DNA of 64,000 nucleotides from Chrysomallon squamiferum (Eukaryota; Animalia; Mollusca): positions 11,532,001 through 11,596,000 of the forward strand of contig CM022673.1 in assembly GCA_012295275.1 (NCBI GenBank), written 5' to 3'. Of this stretch, positions 1 to 13,754 are shown in pieces (position 1 is the first letter of the stretch; every line of letters starts with the position of its first letter). The translations under genes and the position numbers were made by a program. The notes under the pieces were generated by a model that was not told where the DNA came from, made no database searches, and saw only the letters and a list, made by a program, of their open reading frames with translations.

Positions 1-1475
1 CTTGAAGAGTGTAAAACTACAAATGTAAATCAAAACTGCAATTAATAAACTGCAAAACAAAAACAAACAAAAAAAATGAAAACAGAATGTCAAAATAAGA
101 GTTTTTTGTTTGAAAAATTAAGTCAGAGACCTAAAATATCTTTTAATTTTAAAAAAGAAAAACAAATGTCAGTTTTTCAGAAGATATATAATTTAACAGT
201 GTGATAATGTCGTTTTATATTACATTTCATAAACAAATATCTTAATTATCAAGATTTCTGTCTTAATATATATATGTGTGTTTTCATGCATGAAATATTT
301 GTCTGTGTACAAATGTGTATGTATGCATGTGAGTGTATGTATATAGATAAGTGTGAATGTGTGCGTGTATGTGAGAGAGAGACAGAGAGAGAGAAAGAGA
401 GAGTGCTTATGGATAATGCAAATAAATACAACAATTAATAAATACACTTTAATCATAAAAAATAATACCACTGATACCACTAACAACAATACATTATTAT
501 TATTATTATTATTATTAATTCTTTAAATAATTAAACAAGGTAAATAAAAATAATTATTCCAAACAGTCTATTACTGACAACTACTGAGACTGAAAAATGG
601 ACTTTGACTAACATGCCATATGGTTTATGCACATTTGTAATGGACACAGACTGTCTTTCAGCTGCTGAGCCTGTGTGAAAAACACACTACACATCACACA
701 CACCTTTTAACCTTACAGAGAAATGCAGCAGAAGAAATACATTGATAGGAACAAACATCTTGCATTGTGTTTGCTGCACTTGCATGTACTACACATGCCA
801 GGGGTTAGCTTCCTACAAAATAATGCAAATACCTGCGAGGATAAAAAACATAGGTAAATTCCAGAGATCAAACATTCATCTTGCTCTGTCTAACAGGTAT
901 GTAAGTCAAGGTGATAAAACAGGAGCAGAATGGTGAAATTATCACGGATGGCCAGTGTTAATTTTCATCAACTGAAGACAGCAAGGTGAAACTACTAGGG
1001 ATGACCAGCACAAATCTGCTGCCAAGAGAAGCAAATAAAAACAGCATTATAGATAGATGGCTATAGTGAATGTATACCCAATTATTAGATTAAGGTGAAA
1101 TTATTAGAGATGTTCACCATTGATTTTCAGCCAACAAAAACAAGGCAAGTGTTATATATAGATAACCACCATGAATTTTCAGAACTGACCATCATAGATT
1201 TGCTGCTAATTATTAAAAAGAGGTAGAAGTTAGCATAATGTCCGCGACAGATTATTATGAACAACAATAAATATTTACCTTGCACTGCCAACAGTGAACT
1301 TAATAATGTAAAATCATTATGACTGACAAGCACAGATATGCTAACATGAGAAAACAATTTAAGTATAATTGTTACAAATAAGGAACATCAATTTGGATAA
1401 AAATATAATCAGTGATTAATTTAAATTTGGAATTTTGGATTATTTGATGGCCATAATGAATCTTGATTTTTACTG

Positions 1476-1517
<42 letters not shown>

Positions 1518-2134
1518 ACCTAAAAATTAATAAAAATAAATTAAAAATCTTTAAAATAAGTAAATAATTTACAAGTATTATTTACTACAGGTTAAGCAGA
1601 ACCAGATTCAGTGAAATACATTCTTTTATGATCAGGGTGATTATGCAACACTATTTTGGGGAATTTTAGATCATATGTTGGTTTAAGACATTAGTGCAGA
1701 ATATTAAACTAGGATGTTTTTCATTTAAGCTGTATGTTCACACCATGTACAAGAGTACTAAATAACAATAAGGCTTTCTGGTTTTAATATACAGAAACAG
1801 TAAGTGAGAAAGAAGTCTGTCAAAATCTAACAGTAGGTTAACACTTAAGATTGGTAACAAAATGTACAAGTTATGAAGGAACTGGGGTAACGTCTGTCAG
1901 GAACAACTAAGAAGAGCTGACCAAACAAATTGAGGTTATCAGCAAAACATCAACTTGAGTAATGATGAAAAGTTACAAGTATGTCCTGATCGATGATTGG
2001 TTGTCAGAAATATTTTCTAAGTCGACAATATTCCGCCAGCCTGCGGTTTTAAATAAATAAGAAGTGAAATATATTGTAGCATCTTTTAACATTCAAATAT
2101 AGATATGTAGGTGAGTTTTTTCAAGTAATTAATC

Positions 2135-2185
<51 letters not shown>

Positions 2186-3199
2186 ATATTTCAGTAAACA
2201 ACATCAAAGACTAGGTTAAGTGTACTAGATCTCAGGTATAATAGCTACACATTCCTGCACACTTTTTAAGGCAAATAAGAAACAAAAAATATGTAGCTGT
2301 TAATAACATACAAATGTACATCATCTGTTACTTTGTTACAATTCATCAACTTCTACAATTATTTTTCAGTAAAACAAAACATTGATAAATGGTTCAACAC
2401 ATGAAAATAAAATTTAAAAATAATAAAAACAATTATTATATTATTATAAATTATTTAAAGCCTAAAAACAAGTGTACTTTTTCTGAGGTTTAAATTAATT
2501 TTCTGCAGAAAGCATTTTTCAACAAATTGTGTTTTTGTTATTAGTCTTGAAGTACTAAAAGAGATAATAAAAAAATGAGTCAAGGATACAACCAATGAAT
2601 AAAAATAACAAAATACATTACACACAGATATTTAACTATTTTACTAGCATTTGTTTTTCTTTATTTCTCATCTTGCAGCATCAGAAAATATTCTTAGTGT
2701 GCAAAACCAAAGACAGAAGTGAAAGAAAAAAACATCAAAACATAGTTACGTTTGTTTTCTGCAAATAATTATTTTTCTTTTTTCTACTTTATCTATCACT
2801 GAATGGCATACAAAAAAATGGTGACTTAATTCCAAAGCACAGGTAGAATAATCACCACATTCATGAACACAGATCTGAGTACAAAATGAAAGATAACAGT
2901 TATGTTAGTTTTCAGCAACCAATTCATTAGCTGTTGTTTTTTGTTTTGTTTGTGTTTGTTGTATGTTTTCTACAAACAGTTCTTTTTTTTGTTGTTTTAA
3001 CTCTCATTTTCCCTGTTTTTCTTTGTTTTTTCTTTCCATCATCTGTCAACAAACGTCATTAATGAATAATATTTATGTGAAAAAACACACGTATAACAAT
3101 CGTTGCATTCTTGAACACATCAGAAACAAACACAAACTGTTAGATCTCCTTTTTCAACAAATAATTCCTTTCTTCTTCTTTTTCTTTTTTTACCCTCAT

Positions 3200-3900
3200 T
3201 ACTTTTCAGTGAATGACATTAAAAAATGTTGTACTGAAAACAATTACAGTTGTCACTGCCTTCTCAAATACAGATGTTATTAAGAAAAGTTAGCAAACAG
3301 TTGCATCAGGATTCTGCAAACAAGTCATCAACATTCAACCATCATTAATTTTCTCAAACAGGTTTAAAGCATGGTGTTATTTACTGTAACATAATCATGG
3401 TTATCACCACCTTCTTAAATACTGACGTAAGAAACAAAAGAAAATAACATATACGTGCATTAGGTTTCTACAAATATGTCATCCATATTCAACCATCATT
3501 AATTTTCAACAAGTGGCATTCAAGAATGAAGTTATGTACTGCAACAGTCACTGAATTAATTTATACAAATAGGCAAGAAAAAAAAAAAAGATAAAAAAGT
3601 GTATTAGGTTTCCACACATAATTTATCATTTTCTGCCATTATTTCACAATAAATGACATTAAAGAATGGTGTTACATACTGAACATGTTAACCAGAGTCA
3701 TTAAATTCTAGAACACACGTAACATTTAGAAAAGAAAATAACAAGTATTTATGTTTGGTTTCTAAGTCAGTGACTTTGTACCATTACTTTACAATCAATT
3801 CCATCAAAGAACATTCTTATGTACTGAAATACACAGCATTCTGGAACACAGATGTAAGTAAAAAAATTATAAATAACAGTATGGCTTGCTTTTGGCAAAT
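3200..3900. repeat. Highly degenerate tandem repeat, unit roughly 140-155 bp
   Basis: Recurrent ttcaaccatcattaattttc (about 3333 and 3488), attaggtttc (about 3460 and 3603), atgtactg / gacattaaa motifs. Confidence 0.5.
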
Positions 3901-4967
3901 AATTCTTCACTATTTTATTATTACTTAATTTGTTTCAATAAATATTATCATAATGATTTTAACCTATCTTTACACACATACAATCACTGTATTCTTAGAA
4001 ATGACAACTAAAAAAAAAAAAAAATAATTATCTTTGCCTTTTGCAGGGTTTTTTTCTGTTTTGTTTTACAGTAAATGTCATTAAGGAATAGTCTTTGAGC
4101 ATCAAAACACATTCACAAATGGCACTGAAATCATTAATACATATATATAAACAAAAAAATAAATAAATAAAAATAATTCTTTTTTTTCTGAAAATAATTC
4201 ATAGGGTTTTTTCTTTATTATTTTACACTAAATAGTTTTAAATGACATTGAAATCAGAAATACATACAAATTCATAAAAATAAAATAATAAAAAAAGGAT
4301 TATATATGTATATAATACATATAATTAAAAAATAATAATTAAGTTGCCTTTCTGCATGTAATTCCTAGTTCTTTTTTTTTTTTTTTTTTCAGTTTTGTTT
4401 TTTCTTAATTATTGTTGTTATGTCTTTTTGGATTTATTATTTTACAATAAATGGTAAAAAGGAATGGTCTTCAAGCACTGAAACACAGGTATAACTCTTT
4501 CCGCATTCTTGCACACTGAAGCAATACATCATAAATGACTAGAACAACTGTTACTTGAGATTATCGGAACATTTCAGAAACAGAACACTGTCAGTTACAG
4601 AAGTACTTTTTTTTTTTAGGAGAACTTTTTTTTTGAAGCAAGCATGATGTTTATCTTTACAAGACAGATGTTGCATTACCTGCAAAGTGGAAAAGCACAT
4701 CAGAGGAAAATGTGGAATGTACATTGTGATACAGCAGTCGGTCAATGAAAACACGATACTTTCACATTCAGGCATGCGTTTATTAATGTCATGAGGATTG
4801 TCGATTATCACCATAAAATGAATAGCATGACTTTTTATGATGTAATATTTATGTACCATGCATCTTCAACTTCTAAGACAGATCAAAAGGGTCAATCTGC
4901 ACTGGAACAGTATCTGATATTTTAAAAAATTTTAACATTTTTTTAATTGTAATGATTAATTTGAAAA

Positions 4968-5095
4968 CAGAAACCTGCCGACATCACTACAATGTCTACT
5001 TTTACCAATTAACAGCAAGGGATCAATCATTTACACCTTTCCATAGACAGGAAAGCTTTCAATATATCAATAACAGCTCTGGCTGCATATGGAAC
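4968..5095 (+). mobile_element. Decayed SINE-like interspersed repeat copy
   Basis: Core aattaacagcaagggatc...ttccatagacagg is shared with copies at about 24.2, 31.4 and 33.55 kb. Confidence 0.5.
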
Positions 5096-5204
5096 AAAAT
5101 GTTTGGAAGATGTATCATACAATATTTCTGACAAATTTCTACAAATACTTACTGCATTGGGAAATATCATGGCCTGACCTTTAAGGACTGAATTGGGAAA
5201 GAAC

Positions 5205-5470
5205 CTGATAAAATAATGAATCTTTTAACATTCAGGTAAAGTTCTATAACTAAGCATTAAAGATCCTGACAAAACCTTTTATGAAAAATGGATCTAGTAA
5301 CAGTTTAGATAAAGTTCTAAAACTAAGCATAAAAAATCCTGTAATTATATTTATGAAAACCTGATCCTGTAACATTTCTCAAAAAGCTCTAGAACTAAAC
5401 ATTCAGAGAAAACCTTTTACAAAAAATGGATCCTGTGACATTTCAAGTGAAGTACTACAAATTAGCAACA
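5205..5470. repeat. Degenerate minisatellite, unit about 60-70 bp, about 4 copies
   Basis: Repeated taaca...aaagttcta.aactaagcat...ttatgaaaa...gatc. Confidence 0.6.
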
Positions 5471-6130
5471 GACAGCTCCTAAAACAAATGACGAATACAA
5501 CATAATTCATATAGAAACATCAAACAGAAGATCAAAACAAAAATGATAAACCATCTTATCAAAACTAATACCAACACAAGATGAGAAACTAATTTCATAT
5601 CAACAAAATTTACTTTGCATCCTCAATGTATTAGAAGTAAGTAAATGCATGTGCAGTAGAGCATTAGAATTTCTCACATCACTGCATTGCATGAAAGAAA
5701 CACAGCTGTCAGGCTAAAACGTTGTACAGAATTACATGTAAAAATCCTTTATGTTACCTTCTTACCAGCATGTGCTGAGCTAATTATTGTGGTGAAGAAA
5801 AAAAAAAAGATGTTACTCTATCATTATGCCATATGCAAAAAGAAAACCAAGTGAAAAAAGATGTTGAGACTGTAACTATTCGCTAATGGTGCATGACATC
5901 AGTGAAAAGGTATGTGTTCTTTTACTGTGACACAAACTATTAAATTTTTTTTAGTTAAAATAAAGTAATAAAGTAAATCACATTGTTTTAAACATAAAAT
6001 GAAAAATCCAATAAAACTGTAGCATGGTGCATGGCTTCACCAATAAAAAACAATGATCCTTTAACTTTTTTAAAGTGATTTTAAAAAATCTAAATTTTCT
6101 AATAAATTAAAAAAAAAAAAAAAAAAAAAA

Positions 6131-6169
<39 letters not shown>

Positions 6170-6610
6170 TAAATATATATATATATAAAATCCTCAATAC
6201 AGAAATATTTAAAATATGTAAATATAATTTAAGGTATTTATGGTTCATATATTTAATACAAGAAAAACAAAGACAACTCAGTTTATTCTGCTCCCATAAT
6301 GATAAAGCAACAACCAGTGAATAGTTGTTTTTTTGGTAAGTTTAAAACTAAAGAGATAATTTTCTTTTCCTTTTTGCTTCCTAGGCAGATAATGTATACA
6401 AAACAATTATCAGTAACTGTTATTTCTGAAGAAAAAAAAAAGGAAGATAAACATACTTTCCAAAATTAATTTGTACAACCTGCATTTTTAATTTTTTGTT
6501 TTATTTATTCAAAACAAAACAAAAAAAACAAAAAAACAGAAAGTAAGAAAGAAAGATAATTCAAGGTAATAGTTCCTATTTCTAAAATATTTTTTAAATT
6601 TTATTTCTGT

Positions 6611-6651
<41 letters not shown>

Positions 6652-7869
6652 GAAACAAATTTACACTATTTATATGAAAGAAAAAAACATTTGGCATGAA
6701 CATGGACAGAAAGAATTATTACAGCATGTACAAATGTGCATGTATATCACTGCAGCATGCACACCTATAATATATATCACTGTTGTAATCAGCAGATTCT
6801 CATACACACCACTTACTTACATATACAGCCAGCTGGCACCAATTCGTTTTAAAATAAAAACGGAAGATAAGAAGATGTAAGTACAGGGGCAAAAAAAGAA
6901 TGAAAGAAAATAGATCAAAGGGGAGAAAGAAAGGATAAGAAAATGAATAAATATTTGTTTGACACTTCAGCACATTTTATTATCAAGTTATTAGGTGCCA
7001 AAATTTTACTATTACTATTACTATTATTATTACTATTATTATTTTTATTTTTATTTTGTTTTTCATTTTTGTGTAATTATTTAAGAGAGAAGAAATCTAC
7101 TGTTACTACAGTCAATTCTTATTGTTTAGCAGTAAATGATCTATTATAAACACCTTCCCTCACACAGGAAAAAAAATGGATATATAACATGGCTATTGGG
7201 AAATTAAATGTGAAGGAAACAGGCAAGTGGGAAAAAAGAAAAAAATAAGAAGGAAAAAAGAAACCAAAAAGTTAAAGAAAAAGAGAATAGAAAAAGGTAT
7301 AAAAAATAGAAAGAATTATGAAGAAAAACCATATCTATATAAAAATTACCCCCTGCCAAAAAACAATGAAGAAAAAAAAAGGAAAAAAAAAAAAAAAAAA
7401 AAAAAATATAAAGAAGGAAAAAGAACAAATGATAGAAAAAACAGAAAAAAAAAAATAAAGAAACGAAAGAGAAAAAAAAAAACAATAAATGGTAAAGTGC
7501 TTAGTTTCAGTGGACATATCGATGTCCAGAACAGAGAAAACTGATCTGACAATGTTTTTATCTAGTTCTGACACTGATGGTTTTTGCTAGCACTTTGCCA
7601 TCAGACCTCTGCAAGTTTGACTCTCTTGCTGCCTGACATGTTGTGAAACTGTTAACGATTTACTGAGATCTCACTGCTGTTTTTTTCACCTGAAGGCTCC
7701 AGAGATGTTTTGACTAGACACAAAAACGTTCACAATGGCTGGCTGCCACAACCAGAAGGAAACACTATGAGTGAGGAATGAACTTGTTGTGAGACAGAAA
7801 ACCTTTAATATCAGCAACACAAAATGCCAAATTAAATGTGCTAGCTGGTAACAGTTTTCATGAGTGGGT

Positions 7870-8110
7870 TTAGGATTTCAGAAAAGGGGCAGATGTACGA
7901 TTTTAGAAAATGGACAGATCTAGGATTTTAAAAAAATGGACTGATCTATGAGTTTAGAAAATGGAAACATCTAGGAGTTCAGAAAATGGACATATATAGA
8001 ATTTATGAAAAATGGCAGATCCAGCTCTGTAGAAAGCAGACAGAACTAGGATTTTAGAAAAATGGATAAATACAGGAGGATCTTGTAAAAGGAGGTAATT
8101 CAGGATTTCT
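7870..8110. repeat. Degenerate minisatellite, unit about 25-27 bp
   Basis: Repeated taggattttagaaaatggacagatc. Confidence 0.7.
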
Positions 8111-8899
8111 TAAAATATGGTACTTCTATGCCTTCAGAAAACTAGCTAAGTCTGAGATTTTTGAAAAACATGGAAGTTAATCAGACTAGCAGAAATTAGT
8201 TTATTTACTGTTTGTAATGTAGTCTTGAAAAAAAAAAAAAAAAAAGCAAACCAATTTTACATTTTAATCTAGTAGGTGTAATTTGTTGCAGATTTTCAAA
8301 AATGATTATGAAACACTGTGGTCATTATATTACTTTTATAATTTAATAATTATAATTGCCAATATAAAGGCATTTATAGGCCCACACACAAACCCTCTAA
8401 AAGAAAAATAGGTGGCAAGCCAGCTGTGTCTATTTTGCTTCCATGCTAGATCTTGAAATAATCTGGAATGATCCTAAAATACAGACATGTTCAGACAAGA
8501 TCTATAAGAAGAAGCAGATGTCAACATCTACATCTAAAATACATTTGCCTTGTTTTAACAATAGCACTAGTAACATTATCAACAACGACCAAAGATCTTA
8601 CAAACTGATGCTTGTTGATACTGTTTATAAAAGGACTCTGGGATCTGTGTTTTAACACATTAAACAGATTGTTCTAAAATTAACAGTTTCAAATTAAAAG
8701 ATTGAATATTTGCTTAAAACAATGTATTTTTACATCAGTGATGAAGTAAGAACAACAGGTGTGATTTTCATAATAAATGAGAAATGAAAATTGTTTCTTT
8801 TAAACTAATGGCCTTGTTTTTCAGTTAACTGTAAAGAGTCTTTAACAAATAGGGAAGTACATACCTTATACCACTATTTTGGGGGGAACACATGACATT

Positions 8900-9091
8900 C
8901 TGGTTATAATGAGAAATGGCCAAATAATATACTGGTTATAATAAGAAACAACTGAATGATATACTGGTTATAATGAGAAATGGTCAAATGATTTACTGGT
9001 TATAATGAGAAATGGTCAAATGATTTACTGGTTATAATGAGAAATGGTCAAATGATTTACTGGTTATAATGGAAAACAACTAAATGATACT
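8900..9091. repeat. 32-bp minisatellite, about 6 copies
   Basis: ctggttataatgagaaatggtcaaatgattta-like units at 8900, 8932, 8964, 8996, 9028, 9060; the central three are identical. Confidence 0.9.
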
Positions 9092-9555
9092 ACACTTATT
9101 ATGAAGGGAAACAGCTGCAAAAGTAAATTGTTTATAATGGAAAATAGCCCTTTAAAATATTATAAAGGAGTAATAATTCAATTTTTTTTTTTCTCATGCA
9201 ACAAACCATCTGAATCAAAGCTGAATATACAATCAAATCTCAAAGTTGGCAAGTTAAAGTGTTAAAACCAATATTTTCTGATTAAGCAATAGAAGATTTA
9301 TTACACAAACTGAATTCACAACTGTAAATAATTAACTTCTCAAGGACTGTTCGTGACAAAACTGATACTGTGTCTTTTATACAAGTAATAAATAAATGTA
9401 TGAATGTCTGTCTATGTGTTTGTGTGTCAGTTTGTGTGTCACAAAAGTAATATATTAATCTGTCTTATCTGTACAGTAATTTGTTCCAGTTTAATAAACT
9501 GCCAAAGCAATAAATAAATTTAAAAGTTTGCTTACCACACACACAAGTATGTTTG

Positions 9556-9657
<102 letters not shown>

Positions 9658-10427
9658 ACTGATGACATAGTCTGTGTATGAATTTTGTAAAACATGTTGG
9701 AGAACTCAGACTTCTGTAGGTTTTTTTTTCTCTGTAGTATTTTTTTAGGGTGAGTCTTATCATGTTATTTTGTTTTATTATATGAAATTTGTGCACTCTA
9801 GTCTAGTCCAAATGAAAGCTAGAGAAAGAATTAATGAGAAAGCATGAAAAAAAGAAGAGAATACCAAATGAGGGCAAAAACACAATGAGAGAGAAAAAAA
9901 ACCCACATGATATAACATAACATCAGCAGCATTTAGTTATGAGTTACTTTCAGTAAAAAATAAAAAAAGAAAAAATAAAAAAAGAAGAAAATTGGAAGAA
10001 AAATCAAAATGAGGCAGAAAAAAACAGAGAAGAAATATATAAACATCATAAAACAATAGAGAACAGTATCAGTTAATACTGTTTTATATAAAAAAGTGAG
10101 AAAAAGAAAAACTACAATGTAAAATACCAAGTGCACCCTCATTTATATATATATATATATATAAGTAAAAAATAAAAATAAAAAATGAAAATAAATATTT
10201 GTGACAAAAATAAAAAATGTAAATGTTTCAATGTATGTATCTGCACATAAGAAAGAAAGAAACAGAAAATTATTTAAAAAAAAGAAGAACAATAACAGTA
10301 GACCACCAACACATCAGTATCGATTCCCACTAATGAGTGTAGGCTTAATGACAGCTGTGACATTCAGAGACTGATATTACAGTAGATTACCAGACACATG
10401 ACACTAATCTTCTTCCAGATGTAGTGA

Positions 10428-10860
10428 CCATTAACACAGATACCTGTACTTTACTTACCAAACTTTATTCACACACAACAATCTGCCAATAATGCAGTAA
10501 AATATTATCTTCCATTAACACAAATACCTGTATTTTACTTAAACATTCACACGCACGTCTACCAATAATACAGTAAAATATTCTCTTCCATTAACACAAA
10601 TACCTATATTTTACTTAACATTCACACACAAGTCTACCAGTAATAGAGTTAACTGTAAAATATTCTGTTCCATTAACACAAATGCTACCAGTAATAGAGT
10701 TAACTGTAAAATATTCTGTTCCATTAACACAAATGCTGTACTTAACATTTACATGAAAGTCTACTAGAAATACATTATGCAGTAAAATATTCTCCCATTA
10801 ACACAGTTTTACTTAACATTTACACACAAAAGTATACCAATAATACTGTAAAATATTCAC
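10428..10860. repeat. Minisatellite, unit about 75-85 bp (one 51-bp partial), about 6 copies
   Basis: ccattaacaca recurs at about 10428, 10512, 10588, 10670, 10721, 10795, with gtaaaatatt between copies. Confidence 0.85.
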
Positions 10861-13325
10861 TTCAGCTTAATGATTTAAGCTTGAATTTGTATTTAAACAT
10901 TAATGATAAATGATAATGATTTTGTGTTCACAGCCTACATCAGTATTCATGAATAAATAATTGTCATTTGCATGCATTTCTGATGCTTATATCATATGTG
11001 TGTCAGAACAAAAAAAAAGAATCAGAATATGTGAAAACATTTATTGCATAGATATTCATGCATGTTGTGTGGATTTGTATGTGTTTATCTGTGTGTGTAA
11101 GTGTACACATGTATCTTTTTCTCTGGGGGTGTATGTATCTGTCTGTTTGCATTATGTATATATGAATGTAAAGACAAATGTGTCCATCATGGCTAGTATT
11201 TCTGTGCATGTCTGAAGGGAAAAAGACAGATGAAAAAGTATTTTTGTCTTGTGCTAGAGGGAAAACCAGGCTAATAACATTAATATAATTACAGTACCTG
11301 AAGGTAATAGCGTTAAACATGTAACACAATTATACAATCTTCTAACATATTATTACCTTAGCAGCAGACTTTACATCTACATAATTTTCAATAATTCAAT
11401 TACTTTTCTCCATTTCCTTCAGCTTCATGTTAATCTTATCATCACATTAACTCTATGGAGACTCAACCTAAGAAGTAATTTTGTGTAACTCAGTCTAAGA
11501 AGATAATGTGTTTTTTACTCTTTTGTTTCTTAATAATGAAGGACATAAAAATTGAGCAGACTGTTTAAATCGTTTTGTGAATTATATTCTCAAGAAAAAA
11601 TACCAGTTTCATTCTTCTTTGGTTTCATTTCTAATTTCTTCTGTGAAGATCAAAGAGCTGTGCATTAATAAAAAAAAAAAAAAATTCTGGTTTCAAGTGA
11701 ACTGTTACAAATATAATTAGGTTTTCTTTTTCATCCTGTAAACATTCTATTTTTTTCAGTAGACTTTCTGAATTATCTTGAAGATGTAGTGTGTCGTCAT
11801 GTCTTTCAGTCTCTGTCTGTTTCTTGCTCTCTCTGTATTCTATTCCTTCTTTTCTTACTTCCATTTGTTTCATTTCTATTTCTTTCTCATTATCTTTCCC
11901 TTTCCGTCTCTGTTTTTTTTCAATGTCTGTCCCTCCTCTCTGCCACTCTTGCTCCTTTTTCTCTCCTTTCTTCATTTTCTTTCTCTATCTACCTGCATGT
12001 GTGTGTGTGTGTGTAGGTGCGCACATGTGTAAAACAATATTAGTAACTTAGTTTATTAATTTTGTTTATAACTTGGAGAAAGAAAGAAAGAAAAAAAACA
12101 AAAAAAACAAGAAACTGCAGTGAAGCGTGTTATCATCACAGCATTCATGTGTATACTCAATATCCCTTCATCAATAATTGATTATGGCTTCAGTTACTTG
12201 CAACATACCACTCTGTCTAACTCCAGCATGTACAAAACCATTACAAAATTTATCTCAGCCTAAGCCCGGCTACACAAATAGATTTTTTTCCCACTTCAAA
12301 AGGCTATTAATCAATTGGAATCATCATCTTTTAGTTGGCGCTATGTAACAGGCAAGTGCTTTAAGCGTAGGAACCAATCATTAAGATCTATAATTCAATT
12401 TTTAAATGACTGTACAATACTTGCACTAATACATATTGACTTGCCCTGTCTGCACAACAGTTATGTAGGGAAACAGAACGAATCGATACAAGAAAGCTTC
12501 TTTCCAACTAATGTGACTATGTGACGAAAATGAAAAAAAAAAAAAAAAAAAAAAAAAATAAAAAAAAGATGGAATTAAAAAAGCTTTTACTGCAGTTTTT
12601 ACTGCAGATTTACGGCACTGAATTTGATTGAGTTTTACAGCAAAACACATCAAGTTCAACTGATATTTAAGGTAATGCATATAAAACAATAAAACTTGGT
12701 TAAAAACCATTAGAATTTATATTTACAGTATTCTCAGAAAACAACAGTAACCTAAACTTAAGTTCACGTATTTTTATTATAAAATCATTGAAGTCAATTT
12801 AAGTTTTCAAAAAATGAAATAAAAGTAAAAAATGTGTCTGCTGATTGTTAAAGTAATCAACAGGAAATAATGACGTTTGAGTCTGATTTCAAAAGCATTT
12901 GTGTTTCATAGTTTTTGCAGGAAACAAAATTATTTTTGTTCTGTTCATGTTATGCAAGCTTATTTAAACTTTTTGTGTGAAGGTTTTTCAGACTGAAATC
13001 ATTTTAAGACAAATTCCCATTGTAATAAATGTAATTTCAATAGTTTCATTTACATAACTGCACTGAATTTCATTACATTTTTCTATCATTCTAGTCAAAT
13101 ATTTATGTATTTATATATTTTTTTTTTTTTTTTTTTTTTTAACTTTTCTTTTAATTTCATTTCTTATTTTTTGGAGCCATTCCTAATTTTCACAGTAAAT
13201 TAAAAACAAATCATAATAACAACAGAAAGAAAAAATCACTTTCCCTCTTTCTATCCTTTTTCTCTCTATCTTATTGAATCTCTATTTTCTCTTAGAACTT
13301 TTTTTTCTCTCTCTCTCTCTCTCTC

Positions 13326-13360
<35 letters not shown>

Positions 13361-13717
13361 GTCTGTAATAAACATTCCTAGTCAGTAATATTGTTTATCT
13401 TCCATTTCAATGACATATATAATTGTTTTTTGTTGTTGTTTTTCTTAACAAAAGTTTAAAAAGGATTTCAGTATGCAATCTTCATTTGTCTGCCTCATTG
13501 TTTTTCTTCTGTTCTGATGACAGATATGGTAGAGATTTTCCACATTTCTGCTGTGGAGTCTGATGGGGAACTGATCACAAGAAACAAACAAAAGTTGAGT
13601 GTAAAGTAAATATTCCATAACAGACTAAACCTGCCAGTTGTCCCATTGTCTGGCAACTCAAAGAACTTGTAAATATATGTGAAACTGTTTAATGGCAAAT
13701 CTTCTGTGCATTAGCTG

Positions 13718-13754
<37 letters not shown>

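Noticed and set aside
4551-4859. 102-aa minus-strand ORF with a cag|gtaatg donor
   Set aside because: Donor is phase 0 in that frame, incompatible with the ARHGAP39 phase-2 junction, and the peptide resembles nothing I recognise.
5758-5771. ATG CTG GTA AGA AG|gtaac on minus strand, phase 2
   Set aside because: Too short to distinguish from chance and no promoter-like context.
7204-7574. Overlapping poly-K / poly-F ORFs
   Set aside because: Products of an A-rich low-complexity tract in the ARHGAP39 intron; no domain or splice support.
8900-9091. CRISPR-like periodicity (32-bp unit)
   Set aside because: Units are head-to-tail with no unique spacers, no cas genes, eukaryotic context; it is a minisatellite.
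11631-12051. Several 75-114 aa ORFs
   Set aside because: Pyrimidine-rich low-complexity DNA open in several frames; no recognisable protein.
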